From: Leptonemataceae bacterium | Lineage (GTDB): Bacteria > Spirochaetota > Leptospiria > Leptospirales > Leptonemataceae | Length of the DNA: 64,000 bases | Assembly: GCA_965227295.1 (NCBI GenBank) | Contig: OZ245742.1 | Location: forward strand, 1,088,001-1,152,000 | Direction: 5' to 3' | Shown here: positions 38,355-48,930 of the stretch, piece after piece | How the letters are laid out: every line of letters begins with the position of its first letter | Numbering within the stretch: the first letter of the stretch is position 1 | Made by a program: the position numbers and the translations under genes | Notes under the pieces: generated by a model | What the model saw: only the letters and a program-made list of their open reading frames with translations | Database searches by the model: none | Told to the model about the DNA's origin: nothing

Positions 38355-39392
38355 TCACAGCTCGATAACACAGATCACCGGCAAATGATCCGACCCCACG
38401 AAGGCTCCCGTTCTCCGCGAAACAATGCGCAATTCTTTCGAAGCCAGACAATGATCGATGGGAATCTTCCGCAAGATGCCGCCGCTGTGCCAGGTCGGCA
38501 GCCAGCCCATGCCGTACGGATATTCCAGCCGCGATTCGCGGATCCAGCGGCGAAAGTCCGGGGACCAGGGCGTGTTGTTGAGATCGCCGGCAAGAATCAA
38601 CGGCCGCTCGGAGTTTCGCGAACGCAGCAGTAGTTCCCGAACCGAATGGTTTCGCGCCGCCGCGGATACCGGCGCCATGGGCGGCGGCGGATGAGCCGCC
38701 ATGACTTCGAGAGGCCGACCATGGACATCCAGCTCCGCATGGATCGCCGGAATGCCCACACGATAGAGACCGTAATAGACCATCTCGGCTTTGCGCAACG
38801 GATACTTCGAGAACAACCCGATGCCGAATTTATCTCCGCGAATTTCTTCGATGGAATGCGGGTAGAGTTCGCGCAACGTCGGTTCCAGGGCATCGAACCA
38901 GGCCGAATCGATCTCCTGCAGCGTAACCACGTCCGCGTTCTCGGTACGCAACAGCTCACTTACAGCATGGTAACGATGATTCGGTTGCAGTACGTTTAGA
39001 GACAGCAATTTCAATCGCCGCGGTGACCGGGCGGCCCGGACCTCCGCCGATACGCCGCCGCCGTCGAAGCGGCCGAAGAGCAACGGTGCGGCGTCCAACA
39101 GATTCACCGCAAATATCAGCACGGCGAAAGCTAAGAACGCGGGCCGGCGCAGCACGGCGAACAGGACTCCCGCAAGCAGCGCCGCAACGACGTAGTGCAT
39201 GCGAAAGTGTGCGAAGAGTTCCAGTGCGGCATGCTGATGACCCTGAAACGAAAGCGCGGTTCCCAGAGCCATGCCGAGGCAACCGAGTAAGGCGAAGGCC
39301 GCAAGAATATCCGCGGATCGCGAAATCATCGACGCAAGCTTCTCAAAAGACATGAGCTGTACATAACACAATCCCTCATCGGCGTCTCGCAC
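38355..39392 (-). CDS. Membrane-anchored endonuclease/exonuclease/phosphatase family protein
   Basis: LSLNV, LQE, AGDLN, IDH, SDHLP; 3 N-terminal TM segments; start may be 39353. Confidence 0.88.
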   Translation of the reverse strand: MRDADEGLCYVQLMSFEKLASMISRSADILAAFALLGCLGMALGTALSFQGHQHAALELFAHFRMHYVVAALLAGVLFAVLRRPAFLAFAVLIFAVNLLDAAPLLFGRFDGGGVSAEVRAARSPRRLKLLSLNVLQPNHRYHAVSELLRTENADVVTLQEIDSAWFDALEPTLRELYPHSIEEIRGDKFGIGLFSKYPLRKAEMVYYGLYRVGIPAIHAELDVHGRPLEVMAAHPPPPMAPVSAAARNHSVRELLLRSRNSERPLILAGDLNNTPWSPDFRRWIRESRLEYPYGMGWLPTWHSGGILRKIPIDHCLASKELRIVSRRTGAFVGSDHLPVICVIEL

Positions 39393-39422
39393 CCGGGTGC
39401 GCGCGTCGCGGAACCCGGCCGC

Positions 39423-41156
39423 TCAATCAAAGAGTTTCCCGGGGTTCAGAATGCCCTGGGGGTCCGCTTCTTTCTTGAACGCACGCAGGCCGGCAACGGC
39501 GAGTTTGCCGGTGAGCTTCTCGTACCAGGGTGCGTGATCGGCGCCGACGCCGTGGTGATGCGAGATGGTCGCACCAATTTTCGCGATGGCGTCCGAAGCG
39601 GCGGTCTTGTACTTACGCCACTGACCGACCGGATCTTTCACATCCATGCGAAACATGAACGTAAAATACAAACACGCCCCGTCGTGATAGCTGTGACTCA
39701 GGTGGCAAAACGCCAGGGTCTCCGGGGACACTGTCTTGAGCGCCTCGATCACAGCGGCGTGCAGTTCTTTCGCCTTCGCGTACGTCGTCGCCGTTTCCAG
39801 GGTATCCACGCCCACGCCGAAATTCATGACGTGATTCCGCAGGAACGGCATGTTGAATCGTCCCCGCAGCCAGCGTTCGCCCACGGACCGCCCGGCAAAG
39901 AATCCGCCGTGTTTGCGAATGATCCGCCGCAACGTGATCTCTTCGCGGCCCATGCGTTCCTCTTCACCGTCCAGCCCGGCGACCACGATGCAACGACCTT
40001 CTCCCTGGCCCATCATCCGCAGCACACCTTCTTGCAGTCGATGTTTGATGCCGCTGAACGCCGCGGGTTTCTTCGTAACCTGCGCAAGAATCGAAAACAG
40101 GCGCGTCTCTTCGGCGTCGCTCAGACGCACCATCGAAAGGCCGAAGTCGTGAGTCGAACTATCGCGCTGAAAATCCAACGCCTTCTCGAACGAGGGAAAC
40201 ATGATGCCGAAGTACCGCCGTCCCTCGGGCAGCCGATGAATCTTCACCGTAACCCGCGTAATGATTCCCAGCAGCCCCTCACTCCCCGCCACAATCTGGT
40301 TGATGTCCGGACCGGCGCCGTCCGCCGGGACGTTCAGCGTCTCAATGACGCCCGCCGGCGTGAGCACCCGCACGGAAGAGATGATCTCTTCGATTTTTCC
40401 GTACCGATTCGATTGTTGGCCGCCGGAGCGCGCTGCGACCCAGCCGCCCAGCGTCGAGTATTCGAACGACTGGGGAAAGTGGCCGAGGGTAAAACCGCGC
40501 TCGCCGAGTTCCTGCTCGATCTGCGGGCCGAAGATCCCCGGCTCGAAGACGGCCTGGCGAGAGTACTCGTCCAGCTCCAGCAACTTGTTCATGCGCGTCA
40601 AATTCACCGTCAGCACGGCCTTTTGCCCGCCCCGTTTCAGCGCTTCCACGCCGCCGACAACGGACGAACCGCCGCCGTACGGAACCAGGGCGACCTTGTT
40701 CTTCGCGCACCAATCGAAGAGTTTCTTGATCTGTGCCTCGTTCGAAGGAAAGGCCACAGCGTCGGTAAAGTCTTTGAGCTGATCATTGCGCAATCGCACC
40801 ACGTCATGGTAGCTCTGGCCGGCCGAATGCAAGACTCGCATGCGCAGATCAGTGGTGGCCCCGTTTTTACCGACAATCCCCTGGAGAGCGCCGAGGTCCT
40901 TCTCGCTCAGCCGGGACTTCGGGACTTTCAGGTCCTCCAGGCGCACGGACGGAGTATCCGGCAGGGGCTCGCCCGCGCCGAACTCGGCCTCGAAAAACTC
41001 CCGAACATGGGGCACGCGGTCCGCGTAGAACCAGTCGTGGCCCTCGGAACCCCAGGCGTTCCAGCGGAGATTCTCGGGATCGTAGTTGATGTCGCTTTTG
41101 ATTTCAGGATAAAACACGCGGGCTCCTGCTCTGGTACTCAGAATCGGGATGGACAA
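39423..41156 (-). CDS. FAD-linked oxidoreductase, alkyl-dihydroxyacetonephosphate synthase-like
   Basis: PYGGGSSV, GHFPQSFEYSTLGGW, RYGKIE, HLSHSY, HHHGVG, LNPGK. Confidence 0.88.
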   Translation of the reverse strand: MSIPILSTRAGARVFYPEIKSDINYDPENLRWNAWGSEGHDWFYADRVPHVREFFEAEFGAGEPLPDTPSVRLEDLKVPKSRLSEKDLGALQGIVGKNGATTDLRMRVLHSAGQSYHDVVRLRNDQLKDFTDAVAFPSNEAQIKKLFDWCAKNKVALVPYGGGSSVVGGVEALKRGGQKAVLTVNLTRMNKLLELDEYSRQAVFEPGIFGPQIEQELGERGFTLGHFPQSFEYSTLGGWVAARSGGQQSNRYGKIEEIISSVRVLTPAGVIETLNVPADGAGPDINQIVAGSEGLLGIITRVTVKIHRLPEGRRYFGIMFPSFEKALDFQRDSSTHDFGLSMVRLSDAEETRLFSILAQVTKKPAAFSGIKHRLQEGVLRMMGQGEGRCIVVAGLDGEEERMGREEITLRRIIRKHGGFFAGRSVGERWLRGRFNMPFLRNHVMNFGVGVDTLETATTYAKAKELHAAVIEALKTVSPETLAFCHLSHSYHDGACLYFTFMFRMDVKDPVGQWRKYKTAASDAIAKIGATISHHHGVGADHAPWYEKLTGKLAVAGLRAFKKEADPQGILNPGKLFD

Positions 41157-41206
41157 ATCTCAGGAATGAGTATGATTTATCCGCTCTATCCTCGCTAAGC
41201 CACGCC

Positions 41207-42139
41207 ATGTTCAAAAGCAAGTTCCATTTTATCATCAACCCGAAATCTTCCGGCGGCTCCCTCGGCCGGGCCTGGCCCGACCTCCAATCCCTCATTCGCT
41301 CGGAGCTGCGAGACTTCACCTACGAGTTCACCGACGGCCGCGGGGCCGGCACGCACCTGGCCGCCCGGGCCCTGCGCGAGCAGAAACCGGACGTAATCGT
41401 CGTCGTGGGCGGGGACGGTACCGTCTCCGAGGTCGTGAACGGCTACTTCGAGCCCGGCGTGCCGAAGAAAAAGCCGCCCATCGCCATCATGAACAAAGGC
41501 ACCGGCGGGGATTTTTGCCGCACCATCGGCATGCCCAGCGATCCGCATCTCGCCATCGAAACCATCAAAAACGGCCGGGACATTCCCGTGGACGTCGGCA
41601 AGCTTTCCTTCGTGGATCACGAGGACCAGCAGATCGAGCGTTACTTCATCAACATTGCCGGCTGCGGCATGGCCGGTGAGGTCGTGCAGTCCGTGAACCA
41701 GAGCTCCAAACGCTTCGGCGGTTTCAGCTACTTCCTGGCCTCCGCGGGCAAGCTCCTGGGCTACCGCAACAAACCAGTGCGCATTTCCTGGGACGACGGC
41801 ACCACCACCGAGCACAAAATCGTCACCGTCGCCATCTGCAACGGCCAGTTCTTCGGCGGGGGCATGCAAATCAGCCCGCGCTCGGAGATCAGCGACGGCC
41901 TCTTCGACGTGGTGCTCATCAACGACTGGAACATCGCCCAATCGCTGTGGTACTCGAAGAACCTCTATGATGGTTCCATCCAGAAGTGCCGCGGCGTGGA
42001 AGTCCGCCGCGCCGAACGTCTCAGCATTGAACCGATCCATGCCGGCGACCGCGTCATCCTGGACGTGGACGGCGAATCCCCGGGCCGCATTCCGCTCACC
42101 GTGGAGATGCAACCCGCGGCCGTGCAGTTTCGAATCTAA
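41207..42139 (+). CDS. Diacylglycerol/lipid kinase family (YegS/BmrU-like)
   Basis: INPKS, GGDGTVSEVVNG, GTGGDF, NGQFFGGG, DVDGE. Confidence 0.92.
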   Translation: MFKSKFHFIINPKSSGGSLGRAWPDLQSLIRSELRDFTYEFTDGRGAGTHLAARALREQKPDVIVVVGGDGTVSEVVNGYFEPGVPKKKPPIAIMNKGTGGDFCRTIGMPSDPHLAIETIKNGRDIPVDVGKLSFVDHEDQQIERYFINIAGCGMAGEVVQSVNQSSKRFGGFSYFLASAGKLLGYRNKPVRISWDDGTTTEHKIVTVAICNGQFFGGGMQISPRSEISDGLFDVVLINDWNIAQSLWYSKNLYDGSIQKCRGVEVRRAERLSIEPIHAGDRVILDVDGESPGRIPLTVEMQPAAVQFRI

Positions 42140-42162
42140 GCCGCGTGACTTCGTCCTCGGGC

Positions 42163-42438
42163 TCACGCCGCCGGGCGCCGGGGAATACCCCGCGGCCGAC
42201 CAGCCTGGAATGCACTCACGGCCCGGCGTGGAACCACCTGGGGGATCAGCTTCGTCACCACGAAGCGCCCCTCGGCCAGCCGGCCCACGACGGTGACCAT
42301 CTGCCCGTTGTCCGCGTCCAGTTTTCCGCTCACCCGCACAATCCGCCGGCACTGCTGCGCATCGTGAAAGATGAGATACGCCCGGCCGCGCGTGTTTTTT
42401 CTATAGATTCCTTCGATGATCATTTGTTCCTGGTGCAT
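42163..42438 (-). CDS. Small hypothetical protein (possibly OB-fold-like)
   Basis: AGGAGG RBS upstream of ATG 42438; beta-rich pattern GQMVTVVGRL. Confidence 0.6.
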   Translation of the reverse strand: MHQEQMIIEGIYRKNTRGRAYLIFHDAQQCRRIVRVSGKLDADNGQMVTVVGRLAEGRFVVTKLIPQVVPRRAVSAFQAGRPRGIPRRPAA

Positions 42439-42531
42439 GGAATGCCTCCTGTGTAAAATGGGCGCCCGCGCTCTCGCGGACCCCGAACGAGGGAGAGGAA
42501 TCACGCGATCGTTCCGCGTTTTTTTCGTGCG

Positions 42532-43215
42532 ATGAGATTTTTTTACCGGACCCTGACGTTGCTCTCTGTCGCCGCGCTGCTCGCCGGCCCGCTTCGGGCC
42601 CAGGACAGCGCCGGTAACATCTGCGCGTTCGAATTCGTGCCCGCGGAGGGTGCTCGACTCATTCAGAACGATCCGGAGCTGGTTGTCTACGAACGCCTCT
42701 ACAACTTCGACACACGGGTCGCCGTGCCGATCCAGTGGATCTTTACCTGCACGGTAAATACAAAACGCACGTCACAAATCTCCGAGATTCGCGAAAATGC
42801 CCGGCTCAGAAACGAAATCCTGCACCGCTTTGAGTTAATGGAACTCACAACCGGAGTCGACGCGGCCGTGTTCTCCCGCACCCGCAACTATGAGGGCCGG
42901 CGCATCAAAACTCTCGAAGCTTACTTCGCAACGCGTGACATCGAGTACCGCTTTTACATTTTGCCGGCCGGCTCCGACGGACAAAGCCTCAATGAACTCG
43001 CCGGCATCTCTTACGAGGAACTTGCCGCCGATCTCCGACACCTGCTGCGCCAGGGCAAGTTCAACGGCGACGTGGACGCTACCATCACGGAAGCCGAGTA
43101 CCGCATTCGATTCTACGGCTTTGCCGGAGCCGCTTTAATGCTCGCGATCCTGCTGGGCTATGCCGCCGCGCGGCTGTTGATTCGCAGACCGCGGCCTGAG
43201 GTCAACCGGGAGTAA
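42532..43215 (+). CDS. Hypothetical exported protein with C-terminal membrane anchor
   Basis: Signal peptide plus C-terminal TM segment and basic tail. Confidence 0.72.
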   Translation: MRFFYRTLTLLSVAALLAGPLRAQDSAGNICAFEFVPAEGARLIQNDPELVVYERLYNFDTRVAVPIQWIFTCTVNTKRTSQISEIRENARLRNEILHRFELMELTTGVDAAVFSRTRNYEGRRIKTLEAYFATRDIEYRFYILPAGSDGQSLNELAGISYEELAADLRHLLRQGKFNGDVDATITEAEYRIRFYGFAGAALMLAILLGYAAARLLIRRPRPEVNRE

Positions 43216-43216
43216 G

Positions 43217-43573
43217 TTAGGAGTTTTTCCGAACGGCCTTCAGAGCGTCGTCCATGGAATCGAAGCAGTCGAGGTACTGTGTGGAGCGCGTAATGCGCAT
43301 GAGGTTGGCAACCTTGGGATTGAGACCGGTAATGTAGAACTTACCTTCGTAGCCTTTGATCTGCTGATGAATGCGGATGAGTCCGCCCATGCCGGAGGAA
43401 TCGATGAATCCGGTCTCTGACATGTCGAGGATGATGTGGGCGGGCTGCTTCTGGTCGATAAGCGCCTTGAACTCTTCCAGGAGCTCGGTAACGTTAAACA
43501 TGTCGATCTGGGACAGACTCAGGCGAACGACGAAGGCCCCGTCCCGCTCTTCCAGATCAAAAACCTTGCTCAT
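43217..43573 (-). CDS. STAS domain anti-sigma-factor antagonist
   Basis: ILDMSETGFIDSSGMGGL. Confidence 0.9.
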   Translation of the reverse strand: MSKVFDLEERDGAFVVRLSLSQIDMFNVTELLEEFKALIDQKQPAHIILDMSETGFIDSSGMGGLIRIHQQIKGYEGKFYITGLNPKVANLMRITRSTQYLDCFDSMDDALKAVRKNS

Positions 43574-43641
43574 ACTGAGTCCACCTGCCCGGCCACAGAA
43601 AACAAGCTCCAGTCGATTTTGGACAGTATTTTTAAGAAGTA

Positions 43642-44904
43642 ATGGACAGAAAAATCTGCGGCTCGGGTTCATTCAAACGTATGCGCAACCGATTTCTAGT
43701 GAGTTTTTCGTGGTTTCGCATTCTCCTTCATACAACACTCTTACCGGTTTTCTGCATAACCCTGACTTTCCTTTCCCGGATCGGATGCGCATCCCAACCA
43801 CCTGCTCCCGCCCCGCAAGCGACACCCGTGCACGTCGAGGCGCTGGTGCGAGAAGGACTAGCCCTGCACTCCCGCGGAGAACTGGAAGCCGCGGCAACGC
43901 GCTTCGAGACTGCGGTCCAGGCGCAGCCCAACAACTCCCTCGCCCACTACCGGCTGGGCTATGTCCTGGACGATCTCGGCCGAAGTGAAGACGCGCTCAT
44001 ACATTTGCGGCGGAGCGTGGAGCTAGATCCCGGCAACGCCGCGGCCCGGCGCGTACTGGGCTACGTCTTGTTGAACGCGGGTTACGTCGAAGAATCCATG
44101 GAACACAGTCGAGCCGCCGTGGACGCCGACGCCTTTGACGGCGCCGCGCACATCAATCTCGGCTACGGCTATTATCGTCTGGGCAGCTTTGAGAAAGCGT
44201 ACTTTCACTTACAGAAGGCCGTCGCCCTTACGCGGGACAACGCCGGCCAAACCGCCCGCGCGCAACTCTATTCGGGCATCCTCCTGTATCGCATGCGCCG
44301 CATCGAAGAAGCCGAGGAGCGCTTTCGCCTGGCCCTGGCCGCAGCACCGGAGAATCCGGAGATTCACTACCGCCTGGGACTGCTCCTGGACACGGAGGCG
44401 AAGACCGAGGCGCGCCGGCGGGAAGGCTTAGGTTATATTCGCCAGGCATTAAGGATTGACGCGGACTATCTCCCGGCCCACCGCGCGCTGGCATACATCT
44501 ACGTACGCGACCTCGAATGGAAACTCGCCCGCGCGCATGCGGAGACAACCCTCGCCCGCGATCCCAACGACACTGCCACGCGCTACAATCTCGGCCTCGT
44601 CTACTATCGTCTGGAAGATTTCAACGCGGCAGAGCAACAATTTAATCGCGTCCTGAAAGCGGAGCCCGAGAACTTCGACGCGTTGTTTTACCTGGCGAGC
44701 ATCGATCTGCGGTACGAGAAGTACGAGCGCGCCGCCCGGCGCTACGAGGCCGTCGTCGCAAAAGATGCGGGCAATCGTTACGCACACTACAATCTCGGCC
44801 TGGCGTACGCGGGTCTCGGCGATACGCAGCGCGCGCGGGCAGCGTTTGAGCGTGCGTGTAAGTTGAAAGATGATGAGGCTTGCAAAATCCTGAAGACTGA
44901 GTGA
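43642..44904 (+). CDS. Tetratricopeptide repeat protein, probable lipoprotein
   Basis: About 10 TPR units (AHYRLGYVL, AHINLGYGY, AHYNLGLAY); start uncertain. Confidence 0.88.
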   Translation: MDRKICGSGSFKRMRNRFLVSFSWFRILLHTTLLPVFCITLTFLSRIGCASQPPAPAPQATPVHVEALVREGLALHSRGELEAAATRFETAVQAQPNNSLAHYRLGYVLDDLGRSEDALIHLRRSVELDPGNAAARRVLGYVLLNAGYVEESMEHSRAAVDADAFDGAAHINLGYGYYRLGSFEKAYFHLQKAVALTRDNAGQTARAQLYSGILLYRMRRIEEAEERFRLALAAAPENPEIHYRLGLLLDTEAKTEARRREGLGYIRQALRIDADYLPAHRALAYIYVRDLEWKLARAHAETTLARDPNDTATRYNLGLVYYRLEDFNAAEQQFNRVLKAEPENFDALFYLASIDLRYEKYERAARRYEAVVAKDAGNRYAHYNLGLAYAGLGDTQRARAAFERACKLKDDEACKILKTE

Positions 44905-44958
44905 GCCGGGAGCGCCACGAGTTCACCGCGCCGGGACGATGCGCGCAAACAAGAGCGA

Positions 44959-46125
44959 CTACTCCTCGAGCCGGAACGTGAGCCCGGCATGTGCCTGCAA
45001 CGCCGCGACAAGCGGTTCACCGAGCAACGATGCCGTCGTAAAACAACCGCCCTGTTCGCGCGGTAGCGCCGCAAGGCACAGCGCTGCCTCGGCCATCATC
45101 TTGCTCGTGGAACCGTAGCCGGGATCGGCGTCGCCTTTAACGCTGGCGTTCAACGAGCGGCCGTCGGGGCCGGAGCCCAGGAACACTATGTCGTAAAAAC
45201 CGGCGTCACGCTCCTCTCTGGACGGACCTTCGCCCGATTTATGGCTCTTGCCGCCGAGCATCATTTTCGCCACTTTCTGTGCCACATCCGTCGCCGCCAG
45301 AGCCGCGTCCTGGATCGTGGTGTACATCATTTCGTCGTACACGAAGTTTTCACCGTAAGGATGCCCCAAAAGAAAGTTAGAGCGATGCACGTTTTTTGTG
45401 TTGATCGTCGCCATAACGAACGGAGCTTCCCAGAGGCCGACCTCGGGGTTATAGGACGGCGCCAGGCCGGACGGCTGTTCCGGGCCCTTGAATCCCGGCG
45501 TCAATGCAAACGGATCGTTCAGTGCTTCGCGGGAGGACGCGTCTCGCAGCGTGGCCTTGAGTGTCGCCTTCATGCTCGCCATGGTGCCGCCGGAAGCGTC
45601 GCCCTTAATTTTACGCACGCGCCCCTTAATACGCGGAAGCGGCTCGCCGAATTTTTCGCGGGCGGCTTTCTGCAGAAACCAAACGCCCAGATCCGAGGGG
45701 ATCGAATCAAAGCCGCCCGAGAAGAGAATACGCGCGCCGGACTCTTTCGCTTTCGCTTCGTGCGCTTCAATCATCTCTTTCATCCACACGGGCTCGCCGT
45801 TGAGGTCGATGTAGTCCGTGCCGGAACGTGCGCAGGCTTCCACCAGCGGACTGCCGTATTTTTGGTACGGTCCGACAGTGGTCACGACCATCCGGGATGC
45901 CTGGCACAGGGCATCCAGCGATGCCGGATCGTCGGCGTCGGCCTGTATGAGGGGGAAGTCCGCCGGCAAACCGAGTTCGTCCCGGACACCGGCGAGCTTG
46001 TCGAGATTGCGACCGGCCAGGGCCCAGTCTTTTGCGCCGCGACGGGCGAGCACTTCGGCAACGAGTTTGCCGGTAAAACCGGTGGCGCCGTAAAGAGTGA
46101 TGGCATACGTACGAGAGTTGGACAT
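44959..46125 (-). CDS. Saccharopine dehydrogenase-like / trans-acting enoyl reductase family oxidoreductase
   Basis: YGATGFTG, AGRN, VGPY, GFDSIPSDLG, DPGYGST. Confidence 0.88.
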   Translation of the reverse strand: MSNSRTYAITLYGATGFTGKLVAEVLARRGAKDWALAGRNLDKLAGVRDELGLPADFPLIQADADDPASLDALCQASRMVVTTVGPYQKYGSPLVEACARSGTDYIDLNGEPVWMKEMIEAHEAKAKESGARILFSGGFDSIPSDLGVWFLQKAAREKFGEPLPRIKGRVRKIKGDASGGTMASMKATLKATLRDASSREALNDPFALTPGFKGPEQPSGLAPSYNPEVGLWEAPFVMATINTKNVHRSNFLLGHPYGENFVYDEMMYTTIQDAALAATDVAQKVAKMMLGGKSHKSGEGPSREERDAGFYDIVFLGSGPDGRSLNASVKGDADPGYGSTSKMMAEAALCLAALPREQGGCFTTASLLGEPLVAALQAHAGLTFRLEE

Positions 46126-46187
46126 GGCCTGTGTTATGAGAGACCGCTCTGGAGGTCCAGTGATTGTCAGACGAACAGCGTCTGCTT

Positions 46188-47348
46188 TCAGGCTTCCAAC
46201 TCTGCCTCGGCCCGATATCTGGCGGGAGTCAAGCCGGCCAACGCCTTAAAGTTTCGATTAAACGAGGTCTTCGAATTGAAGCCGACGCTGTAAGCCACTG
46301 CCAGGACGCTACGCTCCGGATCTTCCGTCAACAGGCGCTTCGCGGCTTCCACCCGGAACCGATTGACGTAGCTTCGAAAGTCCGTACCGATCACGTTGTT
46401 GAGGATTTCCGACAACTGCGCCCGATGCACACCGGCCACGTCTGCCAGTTGTTCCAGGCTCAGGTCCTCATCCACGTAGAGCTTTTCGTCGATCATAGCC
46501 CGCTCTAAAGCCGTGACAATGGCGTTCGTGTCCACGTTCTGGAGTTTGGTCTTCGCATACCGCCGGTCGCGAATTTCCTGGTCAATGCGTTGAAAGAAAC
46601 CGGGATAACGATAGTCCAACAAGTACGACCACAAGATGCCGAGGGCCAGTAAGGCCACAACACACCGCCGGAAGAGCGAGTCTCCCAGAAACTGCGACAC
46701 GAGCGCCAGCGGAATCGTGAAGGCCGTCCAGAGCAGCAACACACGAACATGCTTGAGAGCCGGCGTTCGGCTGTCCCGCTGGATGAGATCCACGAGACGC
46801 AGTTGGAAGGACAAACGCAGAAAAGCTACCCCCACGCTCAGCAGACCCAGCACCGCCACGCCTACCAGAATCCGGTGATAGATCATCATGTAAGGAAATT
46901 TTTCATCGTGATCAATAATTGCGATCTTCATCTCCGACGGCAAAAAAAAGGAAGGCAGACAAATCAGCACGGCGAGGCCGAACGGGAGCAGTTCCGGATA
47001 CCCCGGGAATCGAAGGATCTGCTGCACATCATTGTCCGCCGGCCGGTTCAGCAGCCCCTTGAGGTAGGCGACAAAGAGCGGCCCGGCCAGATAATAGAGC
47101 GGAACATGCACACCGTAGAGCCGCGGAGCGTAATCCCGAAATACCTCCCATCCCAGCCCGACGCTGATCAGGAATACGCTGGTCCAGAAGAACAGCAGAC
47201 CCGCATACAGCCGATTGGAGTGCCACGGCCGCACCATCAGTTGTCCCAGCGCCAGCAACAGCAGGAACGAGCCGGTAAAGACCGCGAGGAACAGGGCAAT
47301 ATGATTCACAATCGACGACAACCCGACAAGACTGGGCCTCCTGCGCAC
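46188..47348 (-). CDS. AraC family regulator with multi-TM sensor domain
   Basis: About 7 hydrophobic segments; C-terminal LSLEQLA..YVNRFRVE..VGFNSKTSFNRNFK. Confidence 0.92.
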   Translation of the reverse strand: MRRRPSLVGLSSIVNHIALFLAVFTGSFLLLLALGQLMVRPWHSNRLYAGLLFFWTSVFLISVGLGWEVFRDYAPRLYGVHVPLYYLAGPLFVAYLKGLLNRPADNDVQQILRFPGYPELLPFGLAVLICLPSFFLPSEMKIAIIDHDEKFPYMMIYHRILVGVAVLGLLSVGVAFLRLSFQLRLVDLIQRDSRTPALKHVRVLLLWTAFTIPLALVSQFLGDSLFRRCVVALLALGILWSYLLDYRYPGFFQRIDQEIRDRRYAKTKLQNVDTNAIVTALERAMIDEKLYVDEDLSLEQLADVAGVHRAQLSEILNNVIGTDFRSYVNRFRVEAAKRLLTEDPERSVLAVAYSVGFNSKTSFNRNFKALAGLTPARYRAEAELEA

Positions 47349-47425
47349 GTCCTGAAAGGAAAAAATCAGGTGCCATCATATACGCTGAGCCGACAGGACG
47401 GCAAACCTGAGCTACAGTTTCCTTT

Positions 47426-48892
47426 ATGCGCTGGATCAACCTCATCCCGTGTCTCACCTTCACTGCCTGTAGCTACGGTCATCCCCTGATGGGCGTATTC
47501 CCCTCCGACAAAGGCGGAGCGGGAGCCGATGATTCAGCCCTGGCGCTGCTGTCGCTCTTCGGCGCCGGATCAGTGGCGGACGTCGGTTCCGCCGGTATGA
47601 ACAGCGGCAGTCTGGAGATCCAGGCCTCGGCGACGCAGGTTTTGATCTATGAAAGTGTCACATTCAGCGTCAGCGGGGGCACTCCGCCGTATTCGTTTCG
47701 AGTCTCCACCGGCGGCGGGACGATCAGCACTACCGGGTTGTACACGGCGGCCGCCGTGCTCGGGACGAATACCATCACCGTCGTCGATTCCGCCGGGCTC
47801 ACCGGCAGCACTTCGGTCGTGGTCTCGGGCGGCACGGGCAACGGAACCTTCAGCGTCAGCAACAACTACGGAACGGCCTCCGGCCCCCATGCCGTCCGCG
47901 CCGGTGACATCACGAACGACGGCGTGCTGGACCTGGTCGTAGGCACGCAAACGGGCGGCTCGAACCAGATCAGCATCTACGAGGGGATCGGCGACGGCAG
48001 TTTCCTGGCCGGCACAACCAACAATGCCGGCGGCGGGGTCCGAACGGTGGTCGTAGCAGATTTCGATGCGGACGGAAACCTCGACGTGGGTGCAGGAACC
48101 ACAGGCAATCTCTTCTCCATTTTTCTCGGAAACGCAGATATCACGTTCCAGCCGGGTGTCGACTACGCCCATGCCCCTCAGCCGCTGGGCATCAAAACGG
48201 GGGACATGGACAACGACGGCATTCTGGACATCGTATCCGGAGATCTCGGCACGAACACCATCAGCTTCTTCAAAGGCAACGGCGACGGTACGTTTCAAAG
48301 CGCATCCACATTCGGTTCGTTGAATACGCCGCGCCGGGTCGCGCTGGCCGATTTCAACAACGACGGCAATCTCGACATTGTCGCCGGCAACAGGGCCGGG
48401 ACACCGTCGCTGAACCCGGGCGCCACGGTCTACCTCGGGAACGGCGACGGCACGTTTCAAAACGGCGTCGAGTATGCCTCCACGACCGACTCACGCGCCG
48501 CCCTCACGGGCGATTTCAACGGTGACGCGAATATCGACATAGTAACCCTCCCGAACTCGGGCACGGACATCACGATCTTTCTCGGCAACGGCGATGGCAC
48601 ATTCCAGGCCGGCCAGACGTTCACCGTAAGCGGCACAAACGTATCCCGGGCCGGCGTAGCGTGCGACTTTAACGGCGACGCGCAGATGGACCTCGCTCTA
48701 ACCGACCGCGCGAACAACGATATCGTCGTATTGTTCGGCGACGGAACCGGCAGCTTTACCACGGGACCGTCGCTCAACGCGCCCGGTGATCCCCACGCTG
48801 TTGACTGCCGCGACCTGACCGGCGACGGAAAGATGGACGTTTCCATGACGAGTTTCACAGCAGATTCGCTGAGGGTATTCGTCGGCAATTGA
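47426..48892 (+). CDS. FG-GAP/VCBS repeat lipoprotein (beta-propeller, adhesin-like)
   Basis: Signal ending FTAC; seven DxxxDGxxD..GxGDGTF-like repeats; SGGTPPY Ig-like stalk. Confidence 0.9.
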   Translation: MRWINLIPCLTFTACSYGHPLMGVFPSDKGGAGADDSALALLSLFGAGSVADVGSAGMNSGSLEIQASATQVLIYESVTFSVSGGTPPYSFRVSTGGGTISTTGLYTAAAVLGTNTITVVDSAGLTGSTSVVVSGGTGNGTFSVSNNYGTASGPHAVRAGDITNDGVLDLVVGTQTGGSNQISIYEGIGDGSFLAGTTNNAGGGVRTVVVADFDADGNLDVGAGTTGNLFSIFLGNADITFQPGVDYAHAPQPLGIKTGDMDNDGILDIVSGDLGTNTISFFKGNGDGTFQSASTFGSLNTPRRVALADFNNDGNLDIVAGNRAGTPSLNPGATVYLGNGDGTFQNGVEYASTTDSRAALTGDFNGDANIDIVTLPNSGTDITIFLGNGDGTFQAGQTFTVSGTNVSRAGVACDFNGDAQMDLALTDRANNDIVVLFGDGTGSFTTGPSLNAPGDPHAVDCRDLTGDGKMDVSMTSFTADSLRVFVGN

Positions 48893-48930
48893 TCCCCTGC
48901 ATGACAGAGCCGGGGAGCAACACGCAGACA

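Noticed and set aside
39534..41198. 554-aa plus-strand ORF
   Set aside because: Antisense to the well-supported AGPS-like gene.
41195..42352. 385-aa minus-strand ORF
   Set aside because: Antisense to the lipid kinase gene.
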